A DNA stretch of 64,000 nucleotides from IMG/VR virus record IMGVR_UViG_3300014203_000001, positions 1-64,000 of that record; one strand, 5' to 3'. Position 1 is the first letter of the stretch, and each line of letters opens with the position of its first letter. The notes under the pieces were generated by a model. The model made no database searches. It saw nothing but the letters and a program-made list of their open reading frames with translations, and was not told the origin of the DNA. A program made the position numbers and the translations under genes. Below are positions 57,953 through 64,000 of the stretch, in pieces. This stretch comes from a virus (taxonomy: Duplodnaviria; Caudoviricetes).

Positions 57953-59608
57953 TTAAAATTCCGGCTTAGATATTTTCTTCTCATCATCTGGTAATATCAT
58001 AGTAAGAGAATATAATGCCATAGCGCCTTCATTACTGGTAGACATTAAGTTTTCTCCGCTTAGAGATATATAATGTCTCTTTTTATTTATCTGATCAATA
58101 AGTTCTTTATTTGCTTCAGTACTATATAAAGACTTGCATGAGGTCTGATCGCCATCATAATCCGCCCCTATAGAACCTATTCTCAAATTTGAAATCTGTA
58201 GAGTATCGATGAATAGGTTACTTGTATTAGAGCCGATCTGAGACTCTCTTATTTTAGGGTAATTTTTATAAAATACTCCATTAACAACCATAGGCTCAGT
58301 TACTTTAGTAGAACTTACATTTATCTTACTCGGGAACTGATTGAAATACGAGTCGATCGGATATCTAGTTATAAGTACTGCTTTGTCTTTGGTTGATTCT
58401 ATTGCTGCCATGTATATTAAATCTACCCATAGAAATGCTCTATCTTGCATCGGGAACGTAGTAATATCCTTTCCTTCTTTGTAGTCTTTATCTGTTACTG
58501 TCCTACCTTTAAATCTTAGATCTACTTTCATCTTTTCATCTTCTAACGGCAAAGTTATCGGTCTAAATCTATTAGAATATCCGTGAATGAATCTATCTAT
58601 TTCTTCTTTCAATACCGTATCCGAGAAAGCTATTTGGAAGTCTTTCATTTTGAATTGTTTCTCTACTCGTTTGTCTCCTTGTTTTACCCATACTGTTCTT
58701 ATGGGTTCATTAGCAAATTCATTTTCAAAGAATCTTCTCATATAAAATAATATTTGTGTATAATAATTGCTACATAGCGATGCGAGGGGTACAGCCGCGT
58801 GATCTACATCTACTAGTAGATCTTCCATTTTTTCTACTTTTAAATTACTAGCAGATAATACTAGTCTAGAAGAATAGTCTGTTGTTTTACTTAGATTCGC
58901 TCTTCTTAGTGTTCCTCTTTTTCCTGCAATAGATGGTTCTGCTGTAAGCCAATCATATATAGATACTAATATCTCCTGTATTCGTCCCCTAACGGAGTCA
59001 GCTAAATTAAGTCCATACTCTGCAGATTCTCTTAGTGATTTAGTTGCTATTAAGAGAGAGTTATATAGCTTATTAATATCTCCTACTCCCACATATCCTC
59101 CATCACTATTAATATCTCTATAATATGCAGGGATAACTACCATGTTCTCTATGAATAGTCTATCTTTAAATTTCTCTAAGAATTTAATATTATTCTCTCT
59201 CTTAGAAGATTCAGTAGATCTAATCTTGATCTTATTAATATTCTTCTTTAAGAAAGTTAATCCAGTTTCTCCATTCTCGTCTTCTATTAGCTCACCCTTA
59301 TCATCTATTTTAAAATGATTAGTGCCATGTACACATTCACGAATCCTCCTATCCATCTTACACCATACTTTATACATTAATGGATGCATAAATGGCGAAG
59401 ATCCTAGAGATATTTGCCCGAAGGTAGATGCGCGATCAGATTTAGTAATTCCGAATATCTCATTAGATAATAAACCATCTTCTGTAGGATTACCACTAGC
59501 ATTAAAGAAGATAGGGTTAGTAATTTCAGATATGTTATTGACACGTATGAAATTGCTAGTATTGAGAGGTTTTATATTGAAGTACCTTTGCTCTTTTTCT
59601 TCGCTCAT
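57953..59608 (-). CDS. RNA polymerase beta' N-terminal/catalytic subunit (probably virion RNAP)
   Basis: DGLLSNEIFG, VIPAYYRD, KTTDYSSRLVL, VLITRYP, catalytic GADYDGDQ; late promoter AACATCCACGTA at 59624-59635. Confidence 0.9.
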   Translation of the reverse strand: MSEEKEQRYFNIKPLNTSNFIRVNNISEITNPIFFNASGNPTEDGLLSNEIFGITKSDRASTFGQISLGSSPFMHPLMYKVWCKMDRRIRECVHGTNHFKIDDKGELIEDENGETGLTFLKKNINKIKIRSTESSKRENNIKFLEKFKDRLFIENMVVIPAYYRDINSDGGYVGVGDINKLYNSLLIATKSLRESAEYGLNLADSVRGRIQEILVSIYDWLTAEPSIAGKRGTLRRANLSKTTDYSSRLVLSASNLKVEKMEDLLVDVDHAAVPLASLCSNYYTQILFYMRRFFENEFANEPIRTVWVKQGDKRVEKQFKMKDFQIAFSDTVLKEEIDRFIHGYSNRFRPITLPLEDEKMKVDLRFKGRTVTDKDYKEGKDITTFPMQDRAFLWVDLIYMAAIESTKDKAVLITRYPIDSYFNQFPSKINVSSTKVTEPMVVNGVFYKNYPKIRESQIGSNTSNLFIDTLQISNLRIGSIGADYDGDQTSCKSLYSTEANKELIDQINKKRHYISLSGENLMSTSNEGAMALYSLTMILPDDEKKISKPEF

Positions 59609-59660
59609 ATATTATCACTCCTTTACGTGGATGTTTATCAAACAAAATAGAAGAGTATAG

Positions 59661-59975
59661 CTAATTAGCTATACTCTTATCTATAAATCTTATATGGATA
59701 TTACTTCTATGAATTGTGGATTCTACTATAAACTGATGAGAGAAAAAGTCTACTCTGATATTATTATAGAAGCTCTCCATATGTTTAATATCTGCTTCTT
59801 TTGCTGCTCTTAGTATATAATAGCATCCTTGCGTATCTTCTTTTAAATCTATTAATATATCTGCAAATTTATCTTCTAATAAAGAATATAGAGTGAGATG
59901 CTGATCGAAATACTTGCACATCTCACTCTCTTTATTAGAATGGGTCACTAAATTAGAGAACTCCTCTAAGTTCAT
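59661..59975 (-). CDS. Hypothetical protein
   Basis: 104-aa ORF in the baseplate operon. Confidence 0.7.
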   Translation of the reverse strand: MNLEEFSNLVTHSNKESEMCKYFDQHLTLYSLLEDKFADILIDLKEDTQGCYYILRAAKEADIKHMESFYNNIRVDFFSHQFIVESTIHRSNIHIRFIDKSIAN

Positions 59976-59980
59976 TTACC

Positions 59981-60145
59981 TCATTCTCCCATCGCCTCGG
60001 CTATTTCTTCATTTTGTTGCCCTGCCCTGCCAGCATCGGTTCTAGACTCTTTAACGGCAAGATAGTAAAGAGTATGGAGAAAATTCATAGGTTGCTCCAA
60101 TAAATCTCGAAAGCTAACACTATTCTTATAGAATTTTGTTATCAT
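59981..60145 (-). CDS. Small T4 gp51-like chaperone segment (54 aa; not in ORF track)
   Basis: MITKFYKNSVSFRDLLEQPMNFLHTLYYLAVKESRTDAGRAGQQNEEIAEAMGE; ATGA overlap with, and in the -1 frame of, the upstream gene. Confidence 0.6.
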   Translation of the reverse strand: MITKFYKNSVSFRDLLEQPMNFLHTLYYLAVKESRTDAGRAGQQNEEIAEAMGE

Positions 60146-61746
60146 CCTAGCTCTTTCGAGTAATTGGCGATTGCAACCAATCGATGCCGTGAAAAAAGCA
60201 TTTGCAATGGAGGAGTAGGATTGGAAACAAAGTGATGATTACATTGTAATCCAGTCTTCTTATTCTTAGCGGTACAATCTGCTTCTGGAATCTGATAGAT
60301 GATATTGTTCTTATTAGTAGAAGCAGCGATCTTATTGATCTCGGTACTAATAAGAGCATATTGGTCGGAAGTAAGTTTCTTAATGATATTGTAATAAGCA
60401 ACCACTTTATGGCGCACGGTCTTTCCAATATTACCAGGAACAATTTTACAATCAATAGGTACTAGTGTATTAGTTTCTGCATCGATATAATATACATTAT
60501 CAATGAATGCTAAGATGGTTAAAACATCTCTATATTTCTTAGCGAATTCTTTATCTAATGAACTAGTTTCAAAATACATTCCATATAAGCTAGGCGCTTT
60601 AAACGAGAATGCATAGTTATCTGATACTGGAACTAATTTAGCATCTAATAGAGAAGGATATGACGTATTACCAGATTTCAATAGCTGTTGATATTTAGCT
60701 TTGAATTCATCGTTAGAATATCTAATCATATCATCAATCTTAGTTTCTCTAAGATCTAAATCTTTACAATCGTCACACGCATATGTGATATAATTACTAT
60801 CGCCAAAAGTTGCTTTGTATGCAGTGAAGTATAATTCATCATCATCATAACCACAAATAGATTTCAACCAGCCTTCAAAAGTAGCAGGTTTGTTTGGACT
60901 AATATCATGTGTATATAGAATAGAATATGCGGTTCTAATAGCTTCAATTTCTGTTTCGAAGTTATCTGGGTTTAAATTAATAATCTCATCGCCGTTCAAA
61001 GCAGACATTGTAATTACTTGGTTAGTATTATACAATCCCCATTGTGCTGTTTTCATTTCAACTACTGCTTTGCTAAGAGCATGATTAACAGCAATAGGCT
61101 TAGTAGAGATTCTAAACTCTTTAATATTAATACCGTTTTTGATTGGTTTGATGACTTCTTTGATTTGTGCTTGATATTTATTAAAGATTTCTTCTTGAAT
61201 CTTTTCGTCTGCTTTCTTATCTTCAGCAGCTTTTGCTTTATCTTCTTCAGTTACAATTTCTTCAGTTTCATCATCGTCAAGTAGATCTTTAAGATCTTCA
61301 TCATCGATAGAAAATCTATCTCTATTATCTAATGCTCCGAGATCCATATTATCCACGATATCTTTCTCTACTTGATTTACAGTAACATCTGGGGTTACAA
61401 TTTCAAAAGGATCTTCTGCTTTGTCTGCAGCCTCGGCTTCCGATTCCAATCTAGCCGCAATAACTTTATCCTTTAATGGATTGATTACATTGACATTTAA
61501 ATCTTTTTTAACTCTTTCAATACCTTCATCAATTAGATCCATTTCCTTTTGTTCAAATACTCTTTGGGGTTCTACTACGTCTTCATATGTAGCAACCTCT
61601 CCAATATTAACAGTTTCTGTATTCATACCACCAACTTGATTAGGGGTAATAATACTATTTGCTTTAGCAGTTTCTGTTTCTACTTTAGGAGCTGGTGGTA
61701 ACACCGCACCTAATTCTGATAGGCTTACTTTTTTAACTTGTTCCAT
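60142..61746 (-). CDS. Baseplate hub / tail assembly chaperone (T4 gp26-like) with long acidic N-terminus
   Basis: D.DELYFTAYKATFG...YACDDCK and a C-terminal C...C pair; directly follows the gp25-like gene. Confidence 0.6.
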   Translation of the reverse strand: MEQVKKVSLSELGAVLPPAPKVETETAKANSIITPNQVGGMNTETVNIGEVATYEDVVEPQRVFEQKEMDLIDEGIERVKKDLNVNVINPLKDKVIAARLESEAEAADKAEDPFEIVTPDVTVNQVEKDIVDNMDLGALDNRDRFSIDDEDLKDLLDDDETEEIVTEEDKAKAAEDKKADEKIQEEIFNKYQAQIKEVIKPIKNGINIKEFRISTKPIAVNHALSKAVVEMKTAQWGLYNTNQVITMSALNGDEIINLNPDNFETEIEAIRTAYSILYTHDISPNKPATFEGWLKSICGYDDDELYFTAYKATFGDSNYITYACDDCKDLDLRETKIDDMIRYSNDEFKAKYQQLLKSGNTSYPSLLDAKLVPVSDNYAFSFKAPSLYGMYFETSSLDKEFAKKYRDVLTILAFIDNVYYIDAETNTLVPIDCKIVPGNIGKTVRHKVVAYYNIIKKLTSDQYALISTEINKIAASTNKNNIIYQIPEADCTAKNKKTGLQCNHHFVSNPTPPLQMLFSRHRLVAIANYSKELG

Positions 61747-61765
61747 TTAATTTCCCTCCATTATT

Positions 61766-62131
61766 TTATAATGATGCTAGTGTTGCAGTATCGCTACTAA
61801 ATACTAATTTATACACAACAGAATCTACGACTATTGCTATATTAATATTCTTATTAAGCATAGTCACTTCGATATCTGTAGCGATTAACTCTGGTAAATA
61901 TGTTTCCATTTGGGTTTGAATATCGCTTTTTAGATATGATGCACTATCGGGAGATGCATACCTATATCTAGATACTATTCCTACACCCATATCTGGTCTG
62001 GTTTGGTATACTCCTTTTTCCAATAGAATTAGTTCCATTATTTTTACACAGGTTGAGTCCTGATTTGATAGAATTTTTGGCTGAGAAAAGTCATTTACCG
62101 AAAGAGTATATTCTCTTATCGTATCGCTCAT
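61766..62131 (-). CDS. Baseplate wedge protein (T4 gp25-like)
   Basis: LILLEKGVYQTRPDMGVGIVSRYRY...IQTQMETYLPE fits the gp25 pattern. Confidence 0.75.
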   Translation of the reverse strand: MSDTIREYTLSVNDFSQPKILSNQDSTCVKIMELILLEKGVYQTRPDMGVGIVSRYRYASPDSASYLKSDIQTQMETYLPELIATDIEVTMLNKNINIAIVVDSVVYKLVFSSDTATLASL

Positions 62132-62231
62132 TGCATCTCCTCCTATATAAATTTATTATTAAGTTAACGGTATAAAAATGTATACTATCTAAATTCGGAA
62201 CATAGCAATAATCTAAGAGGAGGAATGTAAA

Positions 62232-63452
62232 ATGTCTAAAAAATATAGCTGTTTATACTGTAGTGAAAAGCTTAGTAGAGAAGAGTTAGTTAGTCATATA
62301 GAAAAAGAACACGATGAAATGTTACCAGAGGGATTCTCTGCAAACCGTGTGGTATTTAATCTAGTAAATAAGAAAGCTCCCAATGAAGGTGGATGCTGTG
62401 TAGTATGTAAGAGGGAAACTCCCTTTAATGAGAATAGTGGTAAATATGATAGATTATGCGGCAGAAAGCAATGTTTAGATACATTGAGAAAGAAAGCCAG
62501 CGAAAATATGGTAAAGGTATATGGTAAGACTAGTTTATTAGAAGACCCAGATCATCAAATGAAGATGTTAGCGAATAGAAAAATATCAGGTAAGTATAAG
62601 TTTACAGATAATGGCTACCACGTTTATACGGGCAGTTATGAGAAGAAAGCTTTAGAATTTATAGACCAAGTATTAGGATTCAAGTCTACTGAAATTCTAT
62701 GCCCTGGACCTACTTTAGAGTATGAGTACGAAGGAAATACCAAAAAATGGATAACCGATATCTATATTATTCCTCTGAATCTTATCATAGAAGTAAAAGA
62801 TGGAGGAAGTTCACCTAATAACAGACCAATGGATTCATATAGAGCTAAACAAGTTGCTAAAGAAGAGCTGGTTACATCATTAGGGAAATTTAACTATTTA
62901 AGATTAACAGATAATGATTTCTCTCAATTACTTTACGTTATAGCTCAGCTTAAAATGGAAATGTTAGATGACACTGAGGATAATAGAAAAGTAGTTATTA
63001 ATATCAATGAAGAAGTAGAAGCTTTAAAAGAGGATTTTGATAGGAAGGTTATCGATTTTGTGTTTGGTAAAGAAAAAGAAAATAAAGTAGATATCGCTAA
63101 GGCTAGCAGAATACTAAAATCTACAATAAATTCTAATTCCAATCTATTTGTCGGAGCTAAAATATCTTATGAAATAAAAGGAAATAGATTATGTAATATA
63201 TCCTTTCCAGAAGATGAAAAAAGCCATGACAAATACAAAAAGGCTGTCCATAAATTTCTTATTATTATAAACGAAAAGGTTAAGAATGAAAAGTTTGAGT
63301 ATGATTGGAATGTATCGTGGGGAGATATTAATATTATTTGTAATAGTGGTAAGACTAAATTAGGAGAATCTTTCTCGAATTTTGTATTGAAAGAATCCAC
63401 TAATGAAAAACTAACTTCGACTATATATTATATAAATGAGGGAGATGATTAA
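62232..63452 (+). CDS. Zinc-finger PD-(D/E)xK nuclease (head-completion/TnsA-like)
   Basis: C2H2 finger CLYC...HIEKEH, CVVC...C...C, GSYEKK...TDIYII...IIEVKDG; late promoter at 62199-62210. Confidence 0.65.
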   Translation: MSKKYSCLYCSEKLSREELVSHIEKEHDEMLPEGFSANRVVFNLVNKKAPNEGGCCVVCKRETPFNENSGKYDRLCGRKQCLDTLRKKASENMVKVYGKTSLLEDPDHQMKMLANRKISGKYKFTDNGYHVYTGSYEKKALEFIDQVLGFKSTEILCPGPTLEYEYEGNTKKWITDIYIIPLNLIIEVKDGGSSPNNRPMDSYRAKQVAKEELVTSLGKFNYLRLTDNDFSQLLYVIAQLKMEMLDDTEDNRKVVININEEVEALKEDFDRKVIDFVFGKEKENKVDIAKASRILKSTINSNSNLFVGAKISYEIKGNRLCNISFPEDEKSHDKYKKAVHKFLIIINEKVKNEKFEYDWNVSWGDINIICNSGKTKLGESFSNFVLKESTNEKLTSTIYYINEGDD

Positions 63453-63453
63453 T

Positions 63454-63894
63454 ATGAATACTAGGAAAATAAAATGTGACGAAAAGGTTTATTTTAAAGA
63501 TGAAGCTACAATGTTAGCACGCGTAAAAGTAGACGCGTTCGATGCTATGGATAGTAAAGAAAAACTAGAAGCTTTCTGTGATAAATATAAGGAGTATATA
63601 GATATATTAGAAGAAATGGTAACAGAAGAGCGAAAAGAACGCGAAGCCAAATATCAATCTAATCTAGAAGCCAGTATCGTCAAAGAAGAACCAGAAAAAG
63701 ATGATTGGTTGGATATGTCAGTAATTGAAGCTATGACAGAAGATGAATATCAGGAATACTTAGAAATGAAAATAGGTAATCCTAGACCAGATACAGTTAG
63801 AAGCATAATTCAAGAAACGGTTAATGGATATATATTTTTAACAGGTAAACCATTATTAGGTGAAACTAATATAGATGAGGAGGATGAACAATGA
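63454..63894 (+). CDS. Early acidic hypothetical protein
   Basis: Start revised to MNTRK behind GAGGGAG; early promoter at 63422-63434 lies inside the upstream gene. Confidence 0.75.
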   Translation: MNTRKIKCDEKVYFKDEATMLARVKVDAFDAMDSKEKLEAFCDKYKEYIDILEEMVTEERKEREAKYQSNLEASIVKEEPEKDDWLDMSVIEAMTEDEYQEYLEMKIGNPRPDTVRSIIQETVNGYIFLTGKPLLGETNIDEEDEQ

Positions 63895-64000
63895 ATATAA
63901 AAATAAGAGGAATTGAAACTGAAATTGAATGTGATGAAAAAGTTTACTTTGCAGATGAGGAAATTATGTATCATCAAGTACTGAAAGATTCTCAAGAAGC
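63891..64000 (+). CDS. 5' part of a paralogue of the preceding gene (truncated by window edge)
   Basis: MNIKIRGIETEIECDEKVYFADEEIMY... shares CDEKVYF.DE with the previous ORF; RBS GAGGAGG. Confidence 0.65.
   Translation, partial: MNIKIRGIETEIECDEKVYFADEEIMYHQVLKDSQE

Noticed and set aside
60147-60455. 102-aa alternative-frame ORF inside the gp26-like gene
   Set aside because: It is in the +1 frame, ends before the main stop and has no RBS. The informative overlap is the -1 frame.
1-64000. tRNA/rRNA genes, integrase, reverse transcriptase (DGR/retron), phage-nucleus shell or tubulin genes
   Set aside because: No such motifs were recognised by eye in this window; a covariance/HMM search would be needed to exclude divergent cases.

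Overview
A 64-kb AT-rich segment of a giant (jumbo) myophage of the phiKZ-related, AR9/PBS1-like type, most likely infecting a Firmicute. The virion and packaging core comprises tail sheath and tube, terminase large subunit, prohead protease, probable major capsid protein, neck protein, baseplate gp25- and gp26-like proteins and a GroEL-like chaperonin. Replication genes are a divergent family-B DNA polymerase split by a group I intron carrying an HNH homing endonuclease, a primase and an SF2 helicase. There are three fragments of multisubunit RNA polymerase beta' plus a candidate promoter-specificity subunit. Two promoter classes can be read from the DNA: an early motif TATATTATA-N4-TGA(G) (16 sites) and a late motif AACA-N6-TA (13 exact sites). 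The late motif matches the AR9 consensus, which is uracil-dependent in AR9. The most unusual observations are: two small ORFs directly upstream of the terminase that copy its N-terminal segment; repeated promoter-hairpin-RBS leader cassettes heading accessory genes; a self-contained early unit encoding only a 10-aa peptide; a candidate -1 frameshift at the end of the gp26-like gene; a ~60-aa domain repeated four times across three neighbouring ORFs; and an AGACA-N4-ATA motif abutting five hairpins. No tRNA, rRNA or CRISPR array was recognised. All product calls come from motif recognition by eye, not from database searches.
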